A DNA stretch of 64,000 nt from an uncultured Acidimicrobiaceae bacterium (GTDB lineage: Bacteria; Actinomycetota; Acidimicrobiia; Acidimicrobiales; RAAP-2), in NCBI GenBank assembly GCA_963730735.1, contig CAVSSX010000010.1:61619-125618 (forward strand), given 5' to 3'. A program made the translations under genes and the position numbers. Numbering within the stretch: the first letter of the stretch is position 1; the number at the start of each line of letters is the position of its first letter. Below are positions 27,734 through 36,402 of this stretch, one piece after another. The notes under the pieces were generated by a model. The model made no database searches. It saw nothing but the letters and a program-made list of their open reading frames with translations, and was not told the origin of the DNA.

Positions 27734-30013
27734 ATGAGCGACCGCCCGGACGTCACCCTCGGGGTGGCCGGAGCCACGGTCGAGCGGCCGGTCGAGCGGC
27801 GCCCGCCGGCCGGCGCTCCCAACGTGGTGGTCATCGTGCTCGACGACACCGGGTTCGCCCAGCTCGGTGCGTTCGGATCGGACATCGCCACACCGAACAT
27901 CGACCGTCTGGCGGCGGGCGGGGTCCGTTACAACCGCTTCCACGTGACCTCGCTGTGCTCCCCGACCCGCGCCGCCTTCCTCACCGGGCGCAACCACCAC
28001 GCCGTCGGGATGGGCTTCCTGGCCGACATCCCGCTCGGGTTCCCGGGCTACACCGGCCGACTGCCGCCCTCGGCGGTGCCGCTCCCGCGGATCCTGCGCG
28101 ACGCCGGCTACAACACCACGGCCATCGGGAAGTGGCACCTCACGCCGCGCTGGCAACGTTCCCCGGCCGGGCCGTTCGACAGCTGGCCCCTCGGGATGGG
28201 CTTCGAGCACTACTACGGCTTCCTCCAGGGCGACACCAACCACTGGACGCCGAACCTGGTGGCCGACAACCACTACGTCGATCCGCCGGCCACCCCCGAG
28301 GACGGCTACCACCTGACCGAGGACCTGGCCGACCGGGCCATCCGCTCGGTGGTGGACCAGCAGCAGGGGGCGCCGGGCAAGCCGTTCTTCTTGTACTTCG
28401 CCCTCGGGGCCATGCACGCCCCCCACCACGTGGCCCCCGAGTGGGTGGCGCCGTACCGGGGTCGCTTCGACGACGGGTGGGAGGCCTGGCGAGACAGGAC
28501 GTTCGCCCGGCAACTCGAGCTCGGGGTCGTGCCCGAGGGCACCGTGCTCACCCCGCGCCCGCCCTGGGTCCAGGGCTGGGACGAGCTCTCCCCCGACGAG
28601 CGGCGCATGCACGCCCGCCAGCAGGAGGTCTTCGCCGGGTTCCTGACCCACACCGACGCCCAGATCGGCCGGGTGGTCGACGCCCTCGAGCGCCGGGGCC
28701 TGCTCGACGACACGCTCCTGCTGGTGTTCTCGGACAACGGGGCCAGCGCCGAAGGCGGACGGGCCGGAAGCGTCAACGAGCACCGGTTCACCGCCCGGAT
28801 CCGCGAGTCGGTGGCCGACAACCTGGCCGCCTACGACGACTGGGGTGGCTTCAGCACCTACAACCACTACAGCTGGGCCTGGGCCTGGGCCGGCAACACC
28901 CCTTTTCGGCTGTGGAAGCGCTACACCTGGCTCGGCGGGACGCGGACCCCGCTGGTCGTCCACTGGCCCCGGGGCATGGAGGCCCGCGGCGCCGTCCGTT
29001 CGCAGTTCGCCCACGCCGTCGACCTCGCCCCCACCATCCTCGACGCCATCGGCCTCGAAGCGCCCGACGTGGTCGACGGGGTGGCCCAGCAGCGGATCGA
29101 CGGCGCCAGCCTCCGTCGCACCTTCGACGACGAGACCGCCCCCGACCCTCGCCGCACGCAGTACTTCGAGATGCTGGCCTCCCGCTCGATCGTGCACGAA
29201 GGGTGGAAGGCCACCACCGACTTCGTGTCCGAGGGCGTGGTGGACGAGGAGCTCCTGGTCGGCAGCCGGGACCTGGCCGACGACCACTGGGCGCTCTTCG
29301 ACCTCGACACCGACTTCTCCGAGTCGACCGACGTGTCGGCCGAGCACCCCGAGGTGGCCCGCCAACTCGAGGAGAGGTGGCTGGAGGAGGCGGTGGCCAA
29401 CCACGTCCTGCCGATCGACGGCACCTTCCTCAACCGGGTCGGGGCCATGATCCACCCGGCCTACCCGCCGGGGTCGGACCGGACCTTCTCGCCCGAGGGC
29501 AGCCCGGTCAACGACGAGTCGGTCCCGATGCTCTGGGGCGGCTTCCGGCTCACTGCCGACGTCGACGTGCCGGCCACCGACCCCGGTGGCGTGCTGTGGG
29601 CGCTCGGCGACTGGAACGGCGGCTACGCCCTCTACGTGGCCGAGGGCCGGCTGACCTTCAGCTTCGCCCGGGCCGGCGACCTGGTCGAGGTGGTGGCCGA
29701 CCGCCCGGTGCCGTCGGGCCCCCAGGCCCTCGGGGTGGCCTACCTGGTCGACCCCGACGGTGATGGCCGCTTCGTCCTGCTCCACGGGGACGAGCCGGTG
29801 GGAACGGTCGACGTCGTCGGCATGCTGCCGCTGGCCATCCAGCACGGGGGTGCCCGGGGTCGGCTGGGGTTCGACCGTGGGTTCCCGGTGTCGAGGCGCT
29901 ACGCCCCGCCCGACCCGTGGAACGGCGAGCTGCGGAGCGTCCGGATCCAGACGCCGGCCGGCCAGCAGCCCGACCCGCTCGAGGAGATCCGGGCGGCCCT
30001 GCACAGCGACTGA
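27734..30013 (+). CDS. Arylsulfatase (formylglycine-dependent sulfatase family)
   Basis: PNVVVIVLDDTGFAQLGAFGS and the CSPTRAAFLTGRNHH sulfatase signature. 759 aa. Confidence 0.9.
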   Translation: MSDRPDVTLGVAGATVERPVERRPPAGAPNVVVIVLDDTGFAQLGAFGSDIATPNIDRLAAGGVRYNRFHVTSLCSPTRAAFLTGRNHHAVGMGFLADIPLGFPGYTGRLPPSAVPLPRILRDAGYNTTAIGKWHLTPRWQRSPAGPFDSWPLGMGFEHYYGFLQGDTNHWTPNLVADNHYVDPPATPEDGYHLTEDLADRAIRSVVDQQQGAPGKPFFLYFALGAMHAPHHVAPEWVAPYRGRFDDGWEAWRDRTFARQLELGVVPEGTVLTPRPPWVQGWDELSPDERRMHARQQEVFAGFLTHTDAQIGRVVDALERRGLLDDTLLLVFSDNGASAEGGRAGSVNEHRFTARIRESVADNLAAYDDWGGFSTYNHYSWAWAWAGNTPFRLWKRYTWLGGTRTPLVVHWPRGMEARGAVRSQFAHAVDLAPTILDAIGLEAPDVVDGVAQQRIDGASLRRTFDDETAPDPRRTQYFEMLASRSIVHEGWKATTDFVSEGVVDEELLVGSRDLADDHWALFDLDTDFSESTDVSAEHPEVARQLEERWLEEAVANHVLPIDGTFLNRVGAMIHPAYPPGSDRTFSPEGSPVNDESVPMLWGGFRLTADVDVPATDPGGVLWALGDWNGGYALYVAEGRLTFSFARAGDLVEVVADRPVPSGPQALGVAYLVDPDGDGRFVLLHGDEPVGTVDVVGMLPLAIQHGGARGRLGFDRGFPVSRRYAPPDPWNGELRSVRIQTPAGQQPDPLEEIRAALHSD

Positions 30014-30026
30014 GCGCCCGGCGGCC

Positions 30027-31010
30027 TCAGCTCCCCAGCAGGGCCCGCAGCTCGGCCTCGGTCATGGTGCCGGGTGCCCCGCCACGGGCCGAGAGCTGGC
30101 CGGCCAACCGTTGGACCAGGGCGTTGACCGGCGTCGCCACCCCGTGGAGCCGCCCCACGAGGACGATCTCCCCACTCAGGTAGTCGGTCTCGATCGTGCC
30201 CGTCCCCCGGGCCAGGCTCTGCCAGGACGACCCGCCCTGGTGGGCGCCGCTCGCCGTGGCCTGGATGCCGGTGACCGCCCGGCGTCGCTCGGCGTCCTCC
30301 TCCAACGAGGCGTAGGCGATCCCGGCGGCGTCGAGGGCCGCCTCCCCCTCGGCCCGGATGGCCGTCGCCAACTCGCCCTGACGGGCCGACGGGCCGCACA
30401 GCGCCTCGAGGGCGTTGCCCAGGTTCATGAGCAGCTTGCAGTACTTCCACCGCATGATGTCGGCCACGGCGTGGGAGTCGATCCGGCTGGTCGAGAGGGC
30501 GGCGGCGATCCGTTCGGCGGTGGCATCGGTCCCTGTGGGGTAGCGGCCGAGGTCGAGCAGGGCCGTCACCCCGGCCCAGTGGGACTGGACCTTCCCCGGC
30601 TCGAGGTAGGTGGCCGGGCACATGACGCACATGCCGTAGGTGTTCGGGAAGACCCGCAGGGCCCGGCGCTCGTTCTCCACGCCGTTCTGGACGCACACCA
30701 CCGCCACCGTCGGCGGGGCCACGGCGGCGAGCGAGGTGAGGGCGGCGTCGGTGTCCTGGCTCTTCACGCACAGGAGCACGACGTCGTCCTCCCGCCAGTC
30801 GAGCTGGGCCGGGCGCTCGACCACCGGGACGGCCAGTCGGACCGTCTCCTCGGGTGACTCGAGGAGCAGGCCGTGCTCGGCCATGGCCTGACGATGGGCG
30901 CCCCGGGCGATGAGCACCACCTCGTGGCCACCCTGGAAGAGCCTCGCCCCGACGACCCCACCGATGGCGCCGGCCCCGAACACCACGAAGCGCATGCCCG
31001 ATGTTGCCAT
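30027..31010 (-). CDS. panE: 2-dehydropantoate 2-reductase (ketopantoate reductase family)
   Basis: Rossmann N-terminus MRFVVFGAGAIGGVVGARL, plus LLCVKSQD and the ApbA C-terminal domain. The start is 31010 or 30995. Confidence 0.8.
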   Translation of the reverse strand: MATSGMRFVVFGAGAIGGVVGARLFQGGHEVVLIARGAHRQAMAEHGLLLESPEETVRLAVPVVERPAQLDWREDDVVLLCVKSQDTDAALTSLAAVAPPTVAVVCVQNGVENERRALRVFPNTYGMCVMCPATYLEPGKVQSHWAGVTALLDLGRYPTGTDATAERIAAALSTSRIDSHAVADIMRWKYCKLLMNLGNALEALCGPSARQGELATAIRAEGEAALDAAGIAYASLEEDAERRRAVTGIQATASGAHQGGSSWQSLARGTGTIETDYLSGEIVLVGRLHGVATPVNALVQRLAGQLSARGGAPGTMTEAELRALLGS

Positions 31011-31111
31011 GGCCCCGGGAGGGCGCCGGCACGGCCATGTGACGAGGGGCGACAGGGGGCGTGGGAAGCTGTGGTCATGGCGACGGACACCCCGAGGATC
31101 GCCCCACGGTG

Positions 31112-32068
31112 ATGGTCGGCGACCTGCTCGGGCAGGCCACCTCGCTCGGCGGCCAGGCGGCCCGGTTGCCGTTGCGACTGCTCGGCACGTTGGCCGAGCC
31201 GTTCCGCAAGGACCTGGGCCGCGACGTCCGCCGCTCGCTCGGGGTGCCCGAGCGACCCGAGCCCCCGTCACGCGACCCGGCCCAGGCCTTCTTCCATCCC
31301 GACAGCGTCACCCGCCACGTGCACGCCGACCTTCCGGCGATGGTCATCGGTGGCCTGGCCGCCCTCCTGCTGCAGTCCCTCCACCCGCTGGCCATGGCCG
31401 GGGTGGCCGAGCACTCCAATTACCGGGAGGACCCGACCGGACGCCTCCGGCGGACGGCGTTCTTCGTCGGGACGACGACCTTCGGCACCGTCGACGAGGC
31501 CTGGGGGGCCATCGAACAGGTCAAGGCGGTCCATCGTCGGGTCCACGGCCGGGCGCCCGACGGCCGCAAGTACTCGGCCGCCGATCCGAAGCTGGTCACC
31601 TGGGTCCACGTGGCCGAGATGGCCAGCTTCCTCGACGCCGCCCAGCGCTACGGCCCGCGCCACCTCAGCCCGGCCGAGTGCGACGCCTACTTCGACGAGA
31701 CGGCCGACATCGCCCTGGCCCTCGGGGCGACCTGGGTGCCCCGGTCGGTGGACGAGGTCGAGGCCTACTTCCGGCGGGTCCGACCCACCCTCTACGCCGG
31801 CCCCCAGGCCCGCGACGCTCGCAACTTCCTCCTGCGAGGCGTGGCCCGGCGTCCCGAGGACCGGGCCGTCTACGGCCTGGTGCTCTCGGCGGCCATCGGG
31901 CTACTGCCGACCTGGGCCCGACGCGAGCTCGGGCTGGTATCGCCGCCGCTGGTCGACCGGGTGCTGGTGAGGCCGACCGTCCGGGTGCTCTGTGCCGCCC
32001 TCCGGTGGGCCGTCTACCCCCCGGGGCCGCGCCCCGAGGAGCGGGAGACCCGGGCCGACCTTTCTTGA
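31112..32068 (+). CDS. Oxygenase MpaB-family (DUF2236) protein
   Basis: VIGGLAALLLQSLHPLAMAGVAEHSNYREDPTGRLRRTAFFV...VHRRVHG... is typical of DUF2236. ATG 31112 is preferred over the track start at 31061. Confidence 0.8.
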   Translation: MVGDLLGQATSLGGQAARLPLRLLGTLAEPFRKDLGRDVRRSLGVPERPEPPSRDPAQAFFHPDSVTRHVHADLPAMVIGGLAALLLQSLHPLAMAGVAEHSNYREDPTGRLRRTAFFVGTTTFGTVDEAWGAIEQVKAVHRRVHGRAPDGRKYSAADPKLVTWVHVAEMASFLDAAQRYGPRHLSPAECDAYFDETADIALALGATWVPRSVDEVEAYFRRVRPTLYAGPQARDARNFLLRGVARRPEDRAVYGLVLSAAIGLLPTWARRELGLVSPPLVDRVLVRPTVRVLCAALRWAVYPPGPRPEERETRADLS

Positions 32069-32103
32069 GGTCCGCCCGGGCCACCGGCCCCGGTTCCCGC
32101 CGA

Positions 32104-32967
32104 TCAGGCCGCCGGCCGCAAGCCGGCGTCGAGGGCCACCGAGACGGCGGCCACCGCAGAGTGCACTCCGAGCTTCTTCTGGAGGTTCTGGCAATGGGTG
32201 CGGATCGTGTTGGTCGAGACGTGCAGCCGGCTGGAGATGGCCGTGTGACCGAGTCCCTCCACCAGCAGTCGCAGGACCTCGAGCTCCCGCTTGGTCAGCG
32301 CCGAGAGCAGCTTGGAGGACTCGGGCGCCACCGGCTGGGACGAGGTCTGCAGCAGGCCGGTCAACAGCGGCGGCGACATCCACACCTGCCCCTTGACGGC
32401 CCACCGGGTCGCCTCGACCAGCTCGTGGATGGGGGCCGACTTGAGGACGAACCCCTTGGCCCCCTTCTGGAGCGCCCGGGCGGCCGTGGCCTTGTCGTCG
32501 TCGCTCATGAGGACGACCACCACCAGGCGGGGGTTGACCGTGTGGAGCTCGTCGAGCAGGTCCATGGCGTTCATGGCGTCGAACTCGGCGTCGAGGATCA
32601 AGACGTCGGGTCGCTGGTTGAGCACCAGGTCGTGGGCGCCCCGGGCCGAGGTGGCCGAGCCGATGACCCGAAGGCCGGTCTCGTCGGCCAGCATGGCCGA
32701 CAGCGACTCGCACAGCATGGGCTGGTGGTTGACGATGGCCACGGTCGTCGCCGGGCCGGCGTCGGCCTGGGGCTCCTCGGGCCGCACCGGCGTGCGGTCG
32801 GCCGGGGCCTCCCGGCCGAAGTCGATCCCGGCCGAGAGCAGCCGACGGCCGGTGCCCCGACGGTCGAACTGCACGCCCCGTTGCTGGACGATCAGCTCCT
32901 GGTCGGACGGCTGGTCGTCGTGGCGGATCCGCCACTCGATGTTGCGCAGTGCCTCGCCCATGGTCAC
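32104..32967 (-). CDS. Atypical LuxR/NarL-family response regulator (degenerate acidic pocket, 75-aa N-terminal extension)
   Basis: The receiver reads VAIVNHQPM where DD is expected. The phospho-acceptor position is kept (VLILDAEF), as are Ser (VLMSDD) and Lys (FVLKSAP). C-terminal HTH: LTKRELEVLRLLVEGLGHTAISSRLHVSTNTIRTHCQNLQKKLGV. The GTG at 32967 overlaps the upstream TGA. Confidence 0.8.
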   Translation of the reverse strand: MTMGEALRNIEWRIRHDDQPSDQELIVQQRGVQFDRRGTGRRLLSAGIDFGREAPADRTPVRPEEPQADAGPATTVAIVNHQPMLCESLSAMLADETGLRVIGSATSARGAHDLVLNQRPDVLILDAEFDAMNAMDLLDELHTVNPRLVVVVLMSDDDKATAARALQKGAKGFVLKSAPIHELVEATRWAVKGQVWMSPPLLTGLLQTSSQPVAPESSKLLSALTKRELEVLRLLVEGLGHTAISSRLHVSTNTIRTHCQNLQKKLGVHSAVAAVSVALDAGLRPAA

Positions 32968-33638
32968 GCCGTCCTCGTCGAGGACTCGTCCTCATGCTGC
33001 AGGAGGCCATTGCGGGCGGCGTAGGCGACGAGCTCGAGCCGGGAGTGGACGCCGACCTTCACGTACAGGTGCTGGAGGTGGGTCCGGACCGTCGAGACCC
33101 CGACGTCCATCGACTTGGCGATCGACGAGGTGCTCTCCCCCCGCCACAGCCGCATCAGCACGTCCTGCTCCCGGGCGGTGAGGGCCGGCGTGCCCTTGCC
33201 CCGCTGGCCCCGGCCGAGCGACTTGGCCAGGTGCGACCAGGCCTTCTCCGACGGCGTGTGGGTCCGCCGCTTGCGGATGGCCGGGGCGCTGACCCGACGG
33301 AGCAAACGCTCAACCTCTTCTACACCTTCAGTCTTGAGGGCCACACCGTCGGCCCCGTCCTCCAGGGCCTGCTGGAGCATGGTCCGGTCGGAGTCGGCGG
33401 TGAGCACGACGATCGGGATCTCGGGCATGGCCTCACGCAGCAGGCGCACGCCGGCGGTGTCGGCCATGCCGGGGAAGTGCAGGTCGGTCAGCCAGACATC
33501 GGCCTCGTCCCGGTTCTTCAGGGCCAGGCCCTGCTCGGGCGAGGACACCTGGGCCAACACCTTGTGGCCCCGCTTCATGAGCAGGGTCGACAGCGCCTCG
33601 GCAAACATCATGTGGTCGTCGCAGATAACGATTTGCAT
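32964..33638 (-). CDS. NarL/LuxR-family response regulator (canonical receiver)
   Basis: MQIVICDDHMMF, VWLTDLHFPG, VVLTAD and GVALKTEG give a complete phospho-acceptor site. HTH: LTAREQDVLMRLWRGESTSSIAKSMDVGVSTVRTHLQHLYVKVGV. Confidence 0.9.
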   Translation of the reverse strand: MQIVICDDHMMFAEALSTLLMKRGHKVLAQVSSPEQGLALKNRDEADVWLTDLHFPGMADTAGVRLLREAMPEIPIVVLTADSDRTMLQQALEDGADGVALKTEGVEEVERLLRRVSAPAIRKRRTHTPSEKAWSHLAKSLGRGQRGKGTPALTAREQDVLMRLWRGESTSSIAKSMDVGVSTVRTHLQHLYVKVGVHSRLELVAYAARNGLLQHEDESSTRTA

Positions 33639-34188
33639 GCTCTCAGCTCGCTTCTGGACCGGCGGTCCAGTGGTAGTTCCGACGTGTTTGCCGTGCGACC
33701 CCACCGACGGTACGCGAAATGCGCTCGGGGTCCAAAAGGGGCCGGCGGGCCCCGTCCACGTGCGAGTGTCCCGGTCCCCCGGCCGACACGGAGCTCTGGC
33801 CCACGACGAGGCGCAGGCCCCGCCGATCACCCATCCTGAGGTTGGTACTCGCTGTCACATGAGAAGTAACGGGCCACATCATCAACATGCACGGTTCAAT
33901 CCCAATTTCTCCACAATTTCTCGTAACCCCCGTTGGGTTTTGTGCGAAAACGAGCTGCAACTACCACTGCACACGGAGCAATCGTCGGCGGTCCCGGCCG
34001 TCGGGGTCACGGCCGTCGGATCCTCTGCTCGGCCCTGCTCCTAGCAGCCGCGGCATGAGGTCGCGCCGGGGGCGACGAATGTCCTGGTGGGAGCGTCGCC
34101 CGGACGTCGGCAACCGGCGGCGCAGCTGGCGCTCGATGGTCGGCCCACCTCCCCGTTGCGGCGCTCGGAGGCCACCACTTTCCGCAGA

Positions 34189-34213
34189 TAGTGTGCAACC
34201 GGTAGTGTGCAAC
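34189..34213 (+). promoter_or_regulatory. Two phased direct repeats TAGTGTGCAAC (14-bp period), candidate regulator binding site
   Basis: TAGTGTGCAAC occurs at 34189-34199 and again at 34203-34213 (13/14 identical including flanks). Further TAGTG cores lie at 34263 and 34271. All sit in the spacer between the response-regulator operon and the ECF sigma gene. Confidence 0.35.
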
Positions 34214-34425
34214 GGGAGACGCCTTGTAACCATGACGGAGTTGTGATTGAATTTGATTGCTGTAGTGATCTAGTGCTACATCATGAGGGGCTACTGACGG
34301 AGGTAGTACCGATTGATGACGTGAAGGCTCTGCACATTGTCGGGGTGCGCAGAGGGAGAGCAACCGGGGTGACGGGACCCCGCCAGGAACAACCGACGAA
34401 CACCGAGGGATAACGAGCCACCGCC

Positions 34426-36266
34426 ATGCTCCAATCCGACGACTTCGAGAACGACACGAGCCCCCGTGAACGAGACGGCTCGGTCGACCTCGCCCGCGAC
34501 GCCGAGCTCGTCCGCCGCTGCCAGGGGGGCGACCAGCAGGCCTTCCAGGAGCTCTACGAGCGGTACCACCGCCGGCTCTACTACTACTGCCTCCGCCAGG
34601 TGCGGCAGCACCACGAGGCCGAGGACGCCACCCAGGAGGTCTTCTCCAAGGCCTGGCGGGCCCTCCCCAACTTCTCCGGCGAGCGGCGCTTCTACCCCTG
34701 GCTGACCGTCATCGCCTCGAACGTCTGCACCGACATGTACCGCAAGTCCCACCGGACGGTGCCGGTGAGCGACGTGCCGCAGAACGAGGTCGACGTCCGC
34801 ACGGCCGACTCGGACGAGCAGCTGATCCAAGAGGTCGACAGCGAGATGGCCGTCAAGGCCCTCGGGCGGCTCTCCCGCCGCCACCAGCGGATCATCGCCC
34901 TGCACGAAGGCTCGGAGTGGTCGACCCGGGAGATCGCCGACCTCGAGGGCATCAGCGTCTCGGCCACCGAGACCCTCCTGTGGCGGGCCCGCCAGGCGCT
35001 CAAGCGCGAGTTCGCCGACGTCGCCCGGGCCGGCGGCCGCTACGGGATCGGCCTGGGCGTCGCCCTCGCCGGCATCCGTCGCTTCGTCCTGCGCTCGGGC
35101 ATCAAGACGTCCTCCAAGATCGCCTTCCTCCCCTCGCTCCGCAGTCCCATCGGCCCCACCATGGCCCTCGCCGGGACCCTGGCCGTCACCGGTGCGGTCA
35201 CCGGCGTGGTGACCGGGGCCGTCTGGGTGGGCTCCTCCAACCAGACCTACGCCGCCGCCGCCACCCCCCAGCAGCAGCCGAACTCGGTCGACCTGGTCAA
35301 CGGGTCCCCGCAGGTGGCCGTGGACGGCGACTTCGCCGCCGCCATGAACGGCATCCCGATCGCCCTCGGCAACAGCGTCGTCGGCACCATGTTCGGTCTC
35401 GAGTCCTCCAACCTCGGCGGCGCCGGGAGTTGGAGCATCGGGGCCGCCGGCACCACCGCCGCCAACTCGACCCTCCTGTCCGACGACGGGACGCTGCCCG
35501 ACGGCTCGGACCCGGGCACCGACCCGACCGACACCACGGACACCACCGACCCGACCGATCCCGGCGACACGACCGACACCACCCAGCCGGACCACCCGAT
35601 CGCCGACGCCGTGCAGAAGTTCCTCGAGTCCCTGGCGGCCCAGAACGCCAACTCGAACATCCTGGCCATCCTGAGCCAGGCGGTGACGGGCAGCGGGACC
35701 ACCACCACCACGACGCCGACCACCACCGACGGCACGGGGACCGACGGCACCGGACCGACGGCACGGGCACCGACGGGTCCACGTCGGGTGACACGTCGGG
35801 TGACACGTCGACGAGCACGGTCCAGTCGACCATCGACGCCATCCTGCAGGCCGCCGAGGAAGCCCTCCAGGCGGCCGAGGCCGCCTGGGCCAAGGCCCAC
35901 CCGACGACGACCACCACCACGGCGCCGCCGGCCACCACCTCGACCACGGCTCCGGTGACCACGACCACCACGGCGCCGACCACCACCAGCACGACGTCGT
36001 CGACCACCACGTCGACCACCTCGACCACGTCGACCACCCTGCCGCCGACCACCTCGACGACGGCACCGACCACCACGACGACGGCACCGACGACGACCAC
36101 CACGACCAAGCCGGCGACGACCACCACGACCAAACCCACGACCACCACGACGACGAAGCCGCCCAAGACGACGACGACCACCGCCCCGGGCTCGACCACC
36201 ACCACCACGACGGCGCCCCTCCAGGGCCTCTTGTGCAAGCTGTTCGGGATCGGCTGCAACACCTGA
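34426..36266 (+). pseudogene. ECF sigma factor fused to TM helices and a long Thr-rich extracytoplasmic region; frame broken at ~35751-35755
   Basis: Sigma regions 2 and 4 (DAELVRRCQGGDQQAFQELYERYHRRLYYYC...; EWSTREIADLEGISVSATETLLWRARQALKRE) continue without a stop into hydrophobic segments (YGIGLGVALAGI; MALAGTLAVTGAVTGVVTGAVWV). A Gly/Ser/Thr/Asp-rich region follows. At DGTGTDGTG the frame shifts (one base missing in ACCGG-ACC) into ...DGTGTDGSTSGDTS...AILQAAEEALQAAEAAW...(T-rich)...LLCKLFGIGCNT, ending at 36266. Confidence 0.75.
35901..36215 (+). repeat. (ACC/ACG)n-rich low-complexity coding tract (poly-Thr/Pro/Ser)
   Basis: About 105 codons are dominated by Thr (TTTTTTAPPATTSTTAPVTTTTTAPTTTSTT...KPTTTTTTKPPKTTTTTAPGSTTTTTT). 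Confidence 0.8.
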
Positions 36267-36316
36267 CCCGACCGGTCCGGCGTCCGATGACGCCACCGCC
36301 CCGCTCGAACTGACCA

Positions 36317-36344
36317 CCAGCCGCCGTCAAGGGGCGGCGGCTGG
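36317..36344. terminator. Hairpin between convergent genes
   Basis: Perfect 10-bp stem CCAGCCGCCG / CGGCGGCTGG with an 8-nt loop, 50 nt after the 36266 stop. Confidence 0.5.
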
Positions 36345-36402
36345 GCAGTGCGAGAAGTGGGCGACGGCCGTCAGGCCCTGACGGCGGACCTCGCCCGACG
36401 GG

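Noticed and set aside
27734-30013. The arylsulfatase as part of a novel sulfatase/maturase system.
   Set aside because: It is an ordinary Cys-type (CSPTR) sulfatase. No FGE/anSME maturase or sulfate-ester transporter is adjacent, and the flanking genes are unrelated, so nothing supports a dedicated system.
33643-34363. Track ORFs inside the 790-bp spacer (33643..33960-, 33887..34246+, 33961..34233-, 34007..34363-) as candidates for a missing histidine kinase or anti-sigma factor.
   Set aside because: All are too short and Arg/Pro/Ser-rich. They have low GC3, no TM helix and no H-box, N-box or G-box, or anti-sigma motif. The AT-rich parts have stop codons in all six frames.
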